Notes under the pieces: model-generated
What the model saw: the letters and a program-made list of their open reading frames with translations, nothing else
The model's database searches: none
Told to the model about the DNA's origin: nothing
Program-made: the position numbers and the translations under genes
In this document: piece by piece, positions 10,853 to 21,812 of the stretch
Position numbering within the stretch: position 1 is the stretch's first letter
Layout of the letters: each line of letters starts with the position of its first letter
Source of the DNA: an uncultured Verrucomicrobiae bacterium
Lineage (GTDB): Bacteria; Verrucomicrobiota; Verrucomicrobiia; Chthoniobacterales; JAATET01
NCBI GenBank assembly: GCA_963740185.1
Contig: CAVUDH010000001.1
Span: 386,839 to 450,838, forward strand
DNA length: 64,000 nt
Reading direction: 5' to 3'

Positions 10853-10887
10853 CAATCCAAAATCCAAAATCTAAAATCTAAAATTCT
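10853..10887. repeat. Heptamer array (CAATCCA AAATCCA AAATCTA AAATCTA AAATTCT)
   Basis: Five 7-nt units preceded by CTCACC. Same family as the arrays at 12883 and 22125. Confidence 0.85.
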
Positions 10888-11462
10888 TTCACTCGGTGAA
10901 TCAGCACGAGATTCCGAATGTAAATCGCCCAGCCGGTTCCCTGCCCCAGCACCCCCACGATGTCCCGCCGCCAGATGAAATAGATCAGCAGCATCGTCGC
11001 CCCGATCAGACTCATCCACCAGAACGACACCGGCACCACCGACCGCTTTGATTTCTCGCTGGCTGCCCATTGCACCAGCATCCGCCCGGTAAAGAGCACC
11101 TGCCCCAGCAGCCCCAGCGACACCCAGATCACCCCCACCGGGCTCGTGATGTTGAACACGCTCTCCCACCAGCCCGTCCCCGTCCGGCTCTCGTATAAAA
11201 AGCGCGAAAATTCCTCCGCCGTCAGCAACCGGTCCGTCCCCGTTCCCAACCGCGTCAGCACGTAGCCCACGGACCCATCCGGCAATTCCACCACCTGCAC
11301 CCGATCCCGTGCCCCGGGCAATCCCACCTTGAGTTCACCGCGCGGCCCCGCCATCTCGACCCCATCCGCCGCCCGCCCCAGATCGTCCAGTGGCCCGCTG
11401 ACCTCCCCGCAACCCGCGACGGCAACCGCCATCAGAACAAAAATCGAAAATCGAAAATCCAA
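10878..11462 (-). CDS. Lipid-A-biosynthesis N-terminal (LAB_N) domain membrane protein
   Basis: C-terminal half GQVLFTGRMLVQWAASEKSKRSVVPVSFWWMSLIGATMLLIYFIWRRD resembles the LpxB-N/LAB_N domain. The start is uncertain because the first codons are the heptamer array. Confidence 0.65.
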   Translation of the reverse strand: MDFRFSIFVLMAVAVAGCGEVSGPLDDLGRAADGVEMAGPRGELKVGLPGARDRVQVVELPDGSVGYVLTRLGTGTDRLLTAEEFSRFLYESRTGTGWWESVFNITSPVGVIWVSLGLLGQVLFTGRMLVQWAASEKSKRSVVPVSFWWMSLIGATMLLIYFIWRRDIVGVLGQGTGWAIYIRNLVLIHRVKEF

Positions 11463-11467
11463 AATTA
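11440..11467. repeat. Heptamer array (AAAATCG AAAATCG AAAATCC AAAATTA)
   Basis: Four 7-nt units spanning the stop of the DUF983 gene and the start of the LAB_N gene. Confidence 0.85.
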
Positions 11468-11974
11468 CTTCGTTCCGACCAGTTCCGGATCCGGTTCCGG
11501 CACGCGATCCGGCGCCGGCACCGGCGCGTCCGGCGGCTCCACCGGACGATTCCCCCCGCCGTCATCCCCACCCTCCCGCCGGTGCGGGTCACAGAGATGA
11601 TCGAACGCAACGAAATACGATTTCGAATGCCGCGCAAACAACAGGTTGAAAATCAAGACCGGGATCAACACCCAGGCCAACTCCGCCGCCAGACTCATCT
11701 TGAAAAATAAAAGCAGCACCACGTAGATCGCGATTCCCAGCGCGCTCCCCGCTCCGTAATTAACCGCCCAGATCGACAACAAGAAGTAGCCCGGCTCCCG
11801 GTCATACGCGTAGCCGCAGCGCGGACAGCCATCCAGCGGCGTGAAATAATCGGAGACCCTGCGCACGCTCGACAGCTTGGGAAACATCGGCGACACCCCG
11901 CACACCGGACACCGCAGCAGCGTCGCCCGCCAAAAATAGGCCGCCACTTTCCCCACAAAACTTCCTTCCTTCAC
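11465..11974 (-). CDS. DUF983-like zinc-ribbon membrane protein
   Basis: CPVCG....CPRCG zinc ribbon followed by two TM helices. Pro/Asp-rich tail. Confidence 0.65.
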   Translation of the reverse strand: MKEGSFVGKVAAYFWRATLLRCPVCGVSPMFPKLSSVRRVSDYFTPLDGCPRCGYAYDREPGYFLLSIWAVNYGAGSALGIAIYVVLLLFFKMSLAAELAWVLIPVLIFNLLFARHSKSYFVAFDHLCDPHRREGGDDGGGNRPVEPPDAPVPAPDRVPEPDPELVGTK

Positions 11975-12116
11975 AGGTCATCACTACGCACCAGCCCCCA
12001 CCTCCGTCAAATGTCCTGAAATTTCGCTTGTGGGAACGGGTAACAGATTCCACCGTGCGCAATTCGCGACACCCCACTGAACAGTTCGCTTGATTGCTTA
12101 AAAAGTAACACCCCGC

Positions 12117-12872
12117 ATGCCCACCACCGCCATCTCCACCCCCGAGCGCACGCCGCCGCCCGTTGGCCCTCCGGCCGACCCGCCGCGTCACGTCGCCGTG
12201 ATCATGGATGGCAACGGCCGCTGGGCCCGGGAGCGCGGCCTCCCCCGCATCCAGGGACACCGCCAAGGCTCGCAAGCCGTTGGCGAATGCGTCGAAGGTT
12301 GCCGCGACGCCGGCGTCGAATTTCTCACCCTCTACGCGTTCTCCTCGGAAAATTGGAAACGCCCCGCCGCAGAGGTCAGCGCCCTCATGCTCCTCCTCGA
12401 TCGATTTCTCGAAGAGAAAACCGCCGAAATGGTGGAAAAGAATGTCCGCCTCCGAGCCATCGGCCGCCTTCAGGACCTCCCCGCCTCCTGCCAGAAGCGC
12501 CTCTCCCGCGCCATCGACGCCACCGCCGCCAATTCCCGGCTCACCCTCACCCTCGCCCTCAGCTACAGCGGCCGCGCCGAGATCGTCGACGCCGTCCAGT
12601 CCATCGTCCGCGACGCGACTCTGGGTAAAATCACCGAATCCGACGTCACCCCCGAGCTCATCGCCGCCCGTCTCTACACCCACGACCTCCCCGATCCCGA
12701 CCTCCTCATCCGCACCTCCGGCGAGCTCCGACTTTCCAATTTCCTCCTCTGGCAGCTCAGCTACACCGAGATCCACGTCACCACCAAGCTCTGGCCCGAT
12801 TTCACCAAAGCCGACCTCCATACCGCCATCGCCGACTACCACCAGCGCCACCGCCGCTTCGGCGGCATCTAG
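12117..12872 (+). CDS. uppS: Undecaprenyl-diphosphate synthase
   Basis: HVAVIMDGNGRWA, FSSENW.RP, LLIRTSGE.RLSNFLLWQ. Confidence 0.93.
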   Translation: MPTTAISTPERTPPPVGPPADPPRHVAVIMDGNGRWARERGLPRIQGHRQGSQAVGECVEGCRDAGVEFLTLYAFSSENWKRPAAEVSALMLLLDRFLEEKTAEMVEKNVRLRAIGRLQDLPASCQKRLSRAIDATAANSRLTLTLALSYSGRAEIVDAVQSIVRDATLGKITESDVTPELIAARLYTHDLPDPDLLIRTSGELRLSNFLLWQLSYTEIHVTTKLWPDFTKADLHTAIADYHQRHRRFGGI

Positions 12873-12882
12873 CCCCTCTCAC

Positions 12883-12917
12883 CAATCGAAAATCCAAATT
12901 CGAAAATCGAAAATCCC
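12883..12917. repeat. Heptamer array (CAATCGA AAATCCA AATTCGA AAATCGA AAATCCC)
   Basis: Five 7-nt units preceded by CTCACC. Ends 3 nt before the GTG at 12921. Confidence 0.85.
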
Positions 12918-12920
12918 AAA

Positions 12921-14423
<1,503 letters not shown>

Positions 14424-14427
14424 CGGA

Positions 14428-15345
14428 GTGGCTGCTTCCAGCTGCCAACAACCCGCTGGCCAGTTCAAAATCCCCACAGCGCTCCACGCCCGCCACCTCC
14501 GCAAAGGCGCCACCCACTCTCGCGCCGCCCTCGAAACCGCCCGCGATCTCGCCCGCATCCTCCTGGCCCAACCCGCCGCCCGCGTCATCCGAGCCGAGGG
14601 CAATGCCACTTTCCCGCCCGACGATCCCCGCCCCGTCGCCGTCTTCTCGCACTTCGAAGCCACCGGCGACGTCTCCGACGCGACCCTTGCCTACCTGACG
14701 GAACTCCGCACCGTCGCCTCAGCCATCGTCTTCGTCACCACCTCCGGCGATCTCACCCGGGTCCGCGACCACGCCGATCTCGCCATCCTTCGCGCCAACG
14801 TCGGCTACGATTTCGGCTCGTGGAAAGTCGGGCTCGCCGCAGCCAGCCAGACCATCGCCACCCGCGGCGTCATCCTCGCCAACGACAGCGTCCTCGGCCC
14901 CCGCCGCCCGTTCCGCCCCATCTTTGACCGCATGGGCAGCACGCCGTTTTGGGGAATGACCAATTCCCACGAACTCGCTCCCCACCTCCAGAGCTATTTT
15001 CTCGTTGCCACCCCCTCCGTCACCAGCGCGCGTTGGTTCCGGCACTTCTGGCGCCGCCTTCGCCACCTCCCAAACGCCTACAAATACCTCGTCGTCCGCT
15101 GCTACGAAGTCGGCCTCTCCCAACTAGCCCAAGCCAACGGACTCCAGCCGACCGCCGCCTTCCCCGTCGAACAACTCGCCCCCCCCGGCACCGATCTCAC
15201 GACCCTCAACCCCACCCAAAACTTCTGGCGCGAACTTGCCACGAGCTCAGATTTCCCTTTCCTCAAAAAGGGCATGCGCCGCCCCGAAAATCGCGAGCGC
15301 TTCGATGCCCACGACATCGACGACGTCATCCAAACGGAGTTTTAG
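14428..15345 (+). CDS. Rhamnan-synthesis RgpF-like glycosyltransferase family protein
   Basis: Family resemblance (..ANVGYDFGSWK.., NDS..GP, FWG.T.S.E..PHLQSYF). GTG start. Confidence 0.65.
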   Translation: MAASSCQQPAGQFKIPTALHARHLRKGATHSRAALETARDLARILLAQPAARVIRAEGNATFPPDDPRPVAVFSHFEATGDVSDATLAYLTELRTVASAIVFVTTSGDLTRVRDHADLAILRANVGYDFGSWKVGLAAASQTIATRGVILANDSVLGPRRPFRPIFDRMGSTPFWGMTNSHELAPHLQSYFLVATPSVTSARWFRHFWRRLRHLPNAYKYLVVRCYEVGLSQLAQANGLQPTAAFPVEQLAPPGTDLTTLNPTQNFWRELATSSDFPFLKKGMRRPENRERFDAHDIDDVIQTEF

Positions 15346-17105
15346 CCCGGAAAAATCACCGGTAGGAGACGAAAGCGAGTTTGAGCCGGAATGCAGCAAG
15401 ATTGGTGGGTTGCCAAGGAGTGAACGGCGGCGGGGAGTCGCGCTGGGATCGATTTCGGTGGGTTTGGGCGGCAATGGGGTGGATTTTGCGCCGAGGCAGG
15501 CACGACTTGCCGGGCCAAGCGCAAAACAGCGCAGGCAATCAAAGCCGCAATGAGGTGGCCTGGGGCGAGGCTGACTCAGGCGGGCGGACCGCAACCGGCC
15601 AGGCGCTGCTGGGCCTGAGCAAAAACACTCTGGAGCGGGTAGGCCGAACAAAGTGCGACGTGGATTCGACGAACGCTGACGCGGACAACGGCGGCGATTT
15701 TGAGCAACCGCAGGCGCACACTCCCGAGCGTGGCCGTGGCCAGGGTGCTGCCGACCAGTCCGATCGTGCGCACGCGCTCGAGCAGTAAATAAGCGAAGGC
15801 CGAAAACCAAAGCCGCAACTGGTTGGCGGCCATCCACGAACTGGACGTGCGGGCGGCTTTGAGGTCCAGGCTCATCTGTTTGATCATGTTCTCGGCGTTG
15901 CCGCGCCCGCAGTAGTCCTGCTCGTAGAGGCTCTCGATGTCGCCACTAACGAGCCGCTCTCCACCGTGGGAGCTGATGCCGCCCGGTGGGATGTTGGTCA
16001 CCACGAAGCGAGGGTTTTCTTTGTCACCGATAAGCACCTCGGCTTTGCCCAGAACCCGCCGCTCTTTGCTCCAGGAGTCGAGCGTGCGGTAGCGGCTGTC
16101 CACGTATTGGCGGCAGGCCGTGCCGCACAGACACGAACGCATCCGCGCGCTCACCATCGCCTCTTCCAGCAAGGCTTGCAGGCGTTTGTTGCGTGCCAGC
16201 CCAAGGAGGTAATGGACGTTCTCGCGCTCCTCGCACCACGCCATGATCGGCTCGCGCGCAAAGCCCGAGTCGGCCCGCACGATGATCCGGGCCTTGGGAA
16301 AACGACGCCGGATCGCTGCGGTGATTTTTTCCAATGCCTCGACCGTTCCCGCGCTGCCATCCTGGCCACTCTCCCGCAACTCGGCCCACAGCACCACCGA
16401 CCCGCAAAAACAGTAGAGCGGCAGGTAGCAATACGAGTCGTAGTAACCGTGGAAAAATCGTCCCTCCTGCTGGCCGTGCAGCGGGTTGTCCGTCGCATCG
16501 AAATCCAGAACAAAGACCTCCTGTCCCTTGGGCAAACACCGCACCCCGGCTTCCAGTAACGCGTCCTCCACGGCCTCGGGCTGCGCGTGCAGCTTGCGGT
16601 AGCGGTCGGAAAACTTCGTGCCCAGTTCGAGCCGATTGAGCGTGGCCGCACTGGCACACGCAAACCCCCGATCCTTGCTGCTGCGACGTTCCTGGCCCAA
16701 CACATCCTCTTTGCCGACGACCGCTGCCAGCAGCGGATCACGTCGCAGATCGGCGTGGTCGTTGAGGTCTTCGTAACCCAGCGCCAGAGCAATCGTGCGC
16801 TGCGCCACCAACTCCTCCACACTGTGCTCAACCAAATCCGGATCACGCCGATCCGTAAAACACCGCGCCAACATCCGCGTTAGACCCAGACCTCGGTCCG
16901 CCTGCCCCAGGAGAACCGCTCCGCCGTCGCTACTGAGTCGCCCTCCGCTGAAATCGGCCTCCACTTTTCGCGCTCCCAAATCTTGAAACCACATCGGCTC
17001 GGTGACACACTCTGTTTGGCGGGCGGCGGGTGCTGCTTTTGTCTTATTCTGTTTCACACCAAGATATTATTAGCGCCGGAGTGGCGGCGTCCAGCCGCCA
17101 ACAAC
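15346..17105 (-). mobile_element. IS1380-family insertion sequence (ends not resolved)
   Basis: A single DDE transposase gene fills the gap between the stop codons of two unrelated genes. I could not find clean terminal inverted repeats by eye. Confidence 0.65.
15576..17057 (-). CDS. IS1380-family DDE transposase
   Basis: 493 aa. N-terminal ..FSGGRLSSDGGAVLL...DRGLGL...L..CF.DRRDP..V.H....L..QR..ALALGYEDLNDH..LR.DPLL, characteristic of IS1380 transposases. Confidence 0.88.
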   Translation of the reverse strand: MKQNKTKAAPAARQTECVTEPMWFQDLGARKVEADFSGGRLSSDGGAVLLGQADRGLGLTRMLARCFTDRRDPDLVEHSVEELVAQRTIALALGYEDLNDHADLRRDPLLAAVVGKEDVLGQERRSSKDRGFACASAATLNRLELGTKFSDRYRKLHAQPEAVEDALLEAGVRCLPKGQEVFVLDFDATDNPLHGQQEGRFFHGYYDSYCYLPLYCFCGSVVLWAELRESGQDGSAGTVEALEKITAAIRRRFPKARIIVRADSGFAREPIMAWCEERENVHYLLGLARNKRLQALLEEAMVSARMRSCLCGTACRQYVDSRYRTLDSWSKERRVLGKAEVLIGDKENPRFVVTNIPPGGISSHGGERLVSGDIESLYEQDYCGRGNAENMIKQMSLDLKAARTSSSWMAANQLRLWFSAFAYLLLERVRTIGLVGSTLATATLGSVRLRLLKIAAVVRVSVRRIHVALCSAYPLQSVFAQAQQRLAGCGPPA

Positions 17106-17523
17106 CTATTCCACTGTCACCGCCGGACTCGGCTCCGGCGTCGGCGGAAAGTCCCCCAGCGGTGTAGCCGCCGGCGTCGGAGCGACCGCCGTAGCAGGAG
17201 TAGCGGTTGCCTCGGGCGTCATCGTCGGTTCGGGCGTGGCATCGACTTCCTCGGCTACCACTGGGGTGGGCGTTGGAGCATCAAGTCCCGCTTCCGCGTC
17301 CGCCTTGGCTTCCGCGAGTTCCTGCTTCGCTTCGTCCAACTCCTTGTGACCCTCGGCGATTTCCTCCTGCGCTTCCTGAACATCCTCAGTCGCCTCGTCC
17401 ACCTCTTCGCCAAGCTTCTCCTGCCGACCCTCGCAAGCCGCCAGGACCATCACCGCGCTTCCCAAGCCCATTAGAGCAGAGAGTCGAAGAACCCGGGGCA
17501 ATCGAATATTCAATTTCTTCATG
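17106..17523 (-). CDS. Small lipoprotein, coiled-coil plus Pro/Thr-rich tail
   Basis: Lipobox VLAAC after a signal peptide (MKKLNIRLPRVLRLSALMGLGSAVMVLAAC). Confidence 0.6.
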
Positions 17524-17575
17524 CTTTTCCTTCGATTCTCGCCCCGCCCCCGCGCGTCCCCCCGCCCGGAAAATT

Positions 17576-18781
17576 TCACTGCTCCGCCGTCGGCTTCCCG
17601 CAAGCCTCCCACACGATTTCGCCGATTCGACGCCCCGCAACCAACCCAGCCAGACCGGAAAACTGATAGTGAATGCCGCAATACACCCGGCTCATCGAGA
17701 TCTCCAGCGCCGCCGCCCACAGCGAACGGTAATCCCGCGTCACCCCCGGCACCCGGGGACTCGTCACCGAGAAATTGATTCCATCCGACTCAAAAAAACG
17801 CGCCAGCACTTCCGACGCCGCCCCGCTGAAACCCGCGTGCCCCGACGGATACTCCGGGTGCGGCGGAGCGGGCAGCAACGACTGCCAATCCGAGTCGCCC
17901 TCCGTCCCCGGGTTCCCGTCGTCCCAGGCTCCGGGCACCGCGTTGATCGGCCGCCAGAAACCATACTTGTATTTTGCCCGCCAGATCACGATCGCCGCGT
18001 CGGCCATCGCCAGATTCAGCGTCGCAAACAACCGCACGTTATCCGCAAACGACAATTCCCGATCCGCCGACAGCTCCCGCGCAATCGAGTTCCAGTGCCC
18101 CGGCGGAGTCTCCGTGAATTTCAGGTCTGACCAAAAATACGCGATCAACCGCTGCTCCCGCGTCCGCACCCGGCTCTTCTTCGCCCCCAGCGCGCGCACC
18201 TCCATCAGCCCGTCCGCGTAGGCCTGACTCGCCAGTTCCGGCGGTGGCTCCGGCAGGAACAAATCCGGATCCCGAATCGTAAACGGCCGCACCTCCCCCC
18301 ACTGCGGCAGCTCGGCCGGCAGGTAATCCGGCGGTGTGTGACGCCAGCGCCCGATCTGCTCGCTCCCCGGATAACTGACCTTCCGAGCACTCCCGTCGTC
18401 CCGCCGGTTGGCGATCAATTCCAGCGCGCACTGGGCACCAATCTGCCCCGCCTCCGTCCCCTGCCAATCCGCGTCCTTCGCCACCACCATCTCGCTTTCC
18501 GGAAAAAAATACTTCGCCACCCCCTCCGCCGCCGCCGCCGTGGCCACGCGCTGTTCCGCTTCGCTCAGACCCGCCTGCTCCGCCCGCGCCATGGCATTCC
18601 ACATCGAAAAGTGAAAAATCGCCAACGCCCGCGAGGCCCAGGCCGGCTCCGCGCCGACCTCCGCCAGCTCCTCGACAAACTTCTCGTTCCAGCTCGGCAC
18701 CAGATCGTCGCCGGCAACCACTCCGATCGGCCCCATCGCGAGAGCCAACGCGACCCCCAACGCCATCCTCCGCAAATCCAT
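17576..18781 (-). CDS. PAP2-superfamily protein, vanadium-haloperoxidase/acid-phosphatase-like
   Basis: Signal peptide. Motifs KYKYGFWRP, PEYPSGHAGFSGA, SRVYCGIHY. Confidence 0.75.
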   Translation of the reverse strand: MDLRRMALGVALALAMGPIGVVAGDDLVPSWNEKFVEELAEVGAEPAWASRALAIFHFSMWNAMARAEQAGLSEAEQRVATAAAAEGVAKYFFPESEMVVAKDADWQGTEAGQIGAQCALELIANRRDDGSARKVSYPGSEQIGRWRHTPPDYLPAELPQWGEVRPFTIRDPDLFLPEPPPELASQAYADGLMEVRALGAKKSRVRTREQRLIAYFWSDLKFTETPPGHWNSIARELSADRELSFADNVRLFATLNLAMADAAIVIWRAKYKYGFWRPINAVPGAWDDGNPGTEGDSDWQSLLPAPPHPEYPSGHAGFSGAASEVLARFFESDGINFSVTSPRVPGVTRDYRSLWAAALEISMSRVYCGIHYQFSGLAGLVAGRRIGEIVWEACGKPTAEQ

Positions 18782-18790
18782 CGGCCCTAT

Positions 18791-20189
18791 CTACCGCCCA
18801 CCCACCGAAGCCGACAATCGAATTTTCCCCGCCTCGACCCCCTCCGCCAGCTCCCGCCGACTCACCTTCCCCCGCGAGTTCACCGGAATCTCCCCCACCA
18901 CCAAAATCTCGCGCGGCACCTGCCAACCCGCCAACCGCCCCGCGGCCCACGCCCGCAAATCCGCCCCATCCACGTCCCCGACCACCAGCGCCACCAGCGA
19001 TTCCGCCCGCGACGCATCCCGCCGGCCAAATACCACCACCTCCGCCAACCCCGGGTAACTCCGCCAGCACCGCCTCCACCGCCGCCGGAGACACCTTCCG
19101 CCCCCCCACGTTCACCACGTCGGATACCCGTCCCACGATCCGCAATCCTCCCACCACGTCCCCCTCCAACCAATCGCCGGGCACAAACTCACCCCCCGCC
19201 CCCACGTGCAGCGCCGCACTCCGCACGCTCAGCGTCCCATCGTCCCGTCGCACCACCTCCACGCCACGCATCGGCGTCCCCACGAACCCATCCGCCACGA
19301 CCGGCCCGTCCGACGCATCGAAGCAAATCCCCCCGCACTCCGACGCCCCGTAAAACGACCGAATCTTCACACCCTGACGCTGAAAAAATTCCCGCCCGAC
19401 CCGTGCCAACAGCGGTGCCCCCGCCGAAATGCACAGCCGCAAACGCTCGACCGCCAAGCCATCCAAGCCCGCCAACGCGTGGAAAATCGCCGGCACCGCC
19501 GGCAGCACCGTCGCCCCGGTCGCCGCCAAACCCGCCCCCAGCGCCCGCGGCAACGAGTCCCGCGCCGCCACCACCGGCACCCCGCGAAACAACAGCGGCG
19601 TCACCAGATTCGAAAACCCGTAGGAATGCGAAAACGCGATCACCCCGTAATTCAAATCCCCCTCCCCGATCCCCATCGTCTCGCAAACCTGATCGCAATC
19701 CGCCACCACCGCCTCGCCCGAAAACTCCAGCGCGCGCGGCACCCCCGTCGTCCCGGAAGTCAGCTTGATCAGCACCCCCGCCCGCGTCTCCGCACCATCC
19801 AATTCTCGCAATTTGACCGCCCCATCCCACGTCAGCCGCGCCGCCGCCCCGCATTCCCGCTCCGCCCCCGCCACCTGGCCGTCCGTCAGCGTCGCGTCAA
19901 CCAGCAGCGCCGCGCAGCCCGCCCGCCAGATTCCCAGCACCATCGCCGGCCACGCCGCCACGTTCGGCGCCTGCAGGCTCACCACCGATCCCGGCGACCG
20001 TCCGGTCAATAATTCCGCGATCTCATCCGCCTCCCGCTCGATCTCCGCGAACGTCCTCGCCACCGTTCCATCGGATCGCAGCACCGCCGCCGCTCCACCC
20101 CGCCGTTCCAGCGTTCTGGCCCATCGCCGCTCGATCAACACTTTCGACTTGCACGCAACCCCGCCGTCACGCATTTTCTCCAGTTCCAT
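18791..20189 (-). CDS. AMP-dependent synthetase/ligase (acyl-CoA synthetase-like), frame break at 19045-19046
   Basis: [13 protein letters not shown]-binding motif, [26 protein letters not shown], and the C-terminal lysine motif ..PVNSRGKV. Removing one C joins LAELPGV to AEVVVFG. Confidence 0.75.
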
Positions 20190-20197
20190 TTTTCCTT

Positions 20198-20428
20198 ATG
20201 AAGACCGATATTCATCCAAACTACGTCGACACGGTTATCAACTGTGCGTGCGGTGCCTCTTACCACACCCGCTCGACGAGCGACAACCTTAGCATCGGCA
20301 TCTGCGCCGCGTGCCATCCCTTTTTCACCGGCGAACAAAAATTCGTCGATACCGCCGGACGCATCGAGAAATTTCAGCGCCGCTACGGCAGCGCCCGCGC
20401 CACCCGCGCGACCCGTCGCAAGCCTTAG
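20198..20428 (+). CDS. rpmE: 50S ribosomal protein L31
   Basis: MKTDIHPNY....C.CG........[23 protein letters not shown]. Confidence 0.93.
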   Translation: MKTDIHPNYVDTVINCACGASYHTRSTSDNLSIGICAACHPFFTGEQKFVDTAGRIEKFQRRYGSARATRATRRKP

Positions 20429-20455
20429 CGACCCAGTCTCTCCGCAACTCCTCAC

Positions 20456-20496
20456 AACGGTGAGTCCGCCCCGCGCGGTCTCACCGTTTTCTTTTG
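20456..20496 (+). terminator. Rho-independent terminator after rpmE
   Basis: Stem AACGGTGAG / CTCACCGTT with a 15-nt loop, followed by TTTTCTTTTG. Confidence 0.7.
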
Positions 20497-20527
20497 CCCA
20501 CCCCCACCTTCCCCCCTCGGCATCAAA

Positions 20528-20610
20528 GTCGCCATTTCTCATTCCGCATTTCTAATTTCTAACCTGGCATCCGAGTCGCCATTTCTCATTTCGCATTTCT
20601 AATTTCTAAT
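20528..20610. repeat. Two 36-nt direct repeats, each built of CATTTCT-type heptamers
   Basis: GTCGCCATTTCTCATTCCGCATTTCTAATTTCTAAC at 20528-20563 and a near-identical copy at 20575-20610. Same family as the array at 23790. Confidence 0.85.
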
Positions 20611-20621
20611 TTTCCCCACCC

Positions 20622-21701
20622 GTGGATTTCGCCCCTCTCATCACCCGCATTCAGGACCGCTTCGCCGAACTCGACGCCGCCATCGCCTCCCCCGATCTCT
20701 ACGACGACCCCAGGCGCGCGCAGGAGATCCTCCGCGACCACTCGCGCCACCGCAGCCTCATCGAGAAATGGGACGCCTTCAGCAAGGCCACCCGCGAACT
20801 CGCCGAAAACCGCGAACTCGCCGCCGCCAGCGATCCTGAGATGGCCGAGCTTGCCCGCGCGGAAATCACCGACCTCGAAGAGCAACTCCCCCAGCTCGAG
20901 TTCGCCCTCCGCATCGCCCTCCTCCCGCCCGAACCCGACGAGGACAAGGACGCCATTGTCGAAATCCGGGCCGGCACCGGTGGAACGGAAGCCGCCCTCT
21001 TCGCCGCCGACCTCTACCGCATGTACACCCGCTTCGCCGAAGTCGCCGGTCTCAAGATCGAGATCATGGACAGCTCCGAATCCGACCTCGGCGGCCTCAA
21101 GGAAATCGTCTTCCGGCTCACCGGCGAATCCGTCTTTCGCCGCATGCGCTACGAATCCGGCCCCCACCGCGTCCAACGCGTCCCCGCCACCGAGACCCAG
21201 GGCCGCATCCACACCTCCGTCGCCACCGTCGCCGTACTCCCCGAAGCCGAAGAAGTCGACCTCGACCTACCCATGAGCGACCTCCGCATCGAAGTCTGCC
21301 GCTCCGGCGGCCCCGGCGGCCAGGGCGTCAACACCACCGACTCCGCCGTCCAGATCATGCACATCCCCACCGGCCGCATCGTCCGCTGTCAGGACGGTCG
21401 CTCGCAGATCCAAAACAAAGCCAGCGCCCTCCAGATCATGCGCTCCCGTCTACTCGAAGACAAACGCCGCGCCGAAGAAGAAAAATATTCCGCCCACCGC
21501 AAAGCCCTCCTCGGCGGAGGCGGACGCGAAGAAAAAATCCGCACCTACAACTACGCGCAAAACCGCGTCACCGACCACCGCATCGGCCTCACGCTTTACA
21601 ATCTCGACCGCTTCATCGAAGGCGACATCCTCGAGATGATCGAAGCCCTCGCCGCCTCCGACCTCGAAGACCGCCTCGTTGCGGAGACAACCGCCAACTA
21701 A
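20622..21701 (+). CDS. prfA: Peptide chain release factor 1
   Basis: GGQGVNTTDSAV (GGQ motif) and the RF1-type P-A-T tripeptide (RVPATETQGRIHTS). GTG start. Confidence 0.93.
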   Translation: MDFAPLITRIQDRFAELDAAIASPDLYDDPRRAQEILRDHSRHRSLIEKWDAFSKATRELAENRELAAASDPEMAELARAEITDLEEQLPQLEFALRIALLPPEPDEDKDAIVEIRAGTGGTEAALFAADLYRMYTRFAEVAGLKIEIMDSSESDLGGLKEIVFRLTGESVFRRMRYESGPHRVQRVPATETQGRIHTSVATVAVLPEAEEVDLDLPMSDLRIEVCRSGGPGGQGVNTTDSAVQIMHIPTGRIVRCQDGRSQIQNKASALQIMRSRLLEDKRRAEEEKYSAHRKALLGGGGREEKIRTYNYAQNRVTDHRIGLTLYNLDRFIEGDILEMIEALAASDLEDRLVAETTAN

Positions 21702-21808
21702 ACGGGATTGACTGGATTCACATGATTAACGGGATTTTTGAAGGGACCTGAAACGAATCCCTTTTTCCCCATCCTGTTAATCCAGAAAATCCTGTTAATC
21801 CTGTTTAG
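21698..21808. repeat. Hairpin element copy 2 (9-bp array arms), includes the prfA stop codon
   Basis: Left arm CTAAAC GGGATTGAC TGGATTCAC ATGATTAAC, right arm ... TGTTAATCC AGAAAATCC TGTTAATCC TGTTTAG, inner stem AAGGGA/TCCCTT. Fills the prfA-prmC spacer. Confidence 0.75.
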
Positions 21809-21812
21809 TTCC

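Noticed and set aside
18039-18790. Gly-rich C-terminal 250 aa of the 716-aa ORF 18039-20189.
   Set aside because: This is an artefact of reading past the frame break at 19045. The true C-terminus (..PVNSRGKV..) is in ORF 18791-19048, and the region 17576-18781 is the PAP2-family gene.
20528-20610. Short tandem and direct repeats (here and at the other heptamer arrays), considered as a possible CRISPR array.
   Set aside because: The period is 7 nt (36 nt for the pair here) with no unique spacers of 25-40 nt, and no cas genes are in the window.
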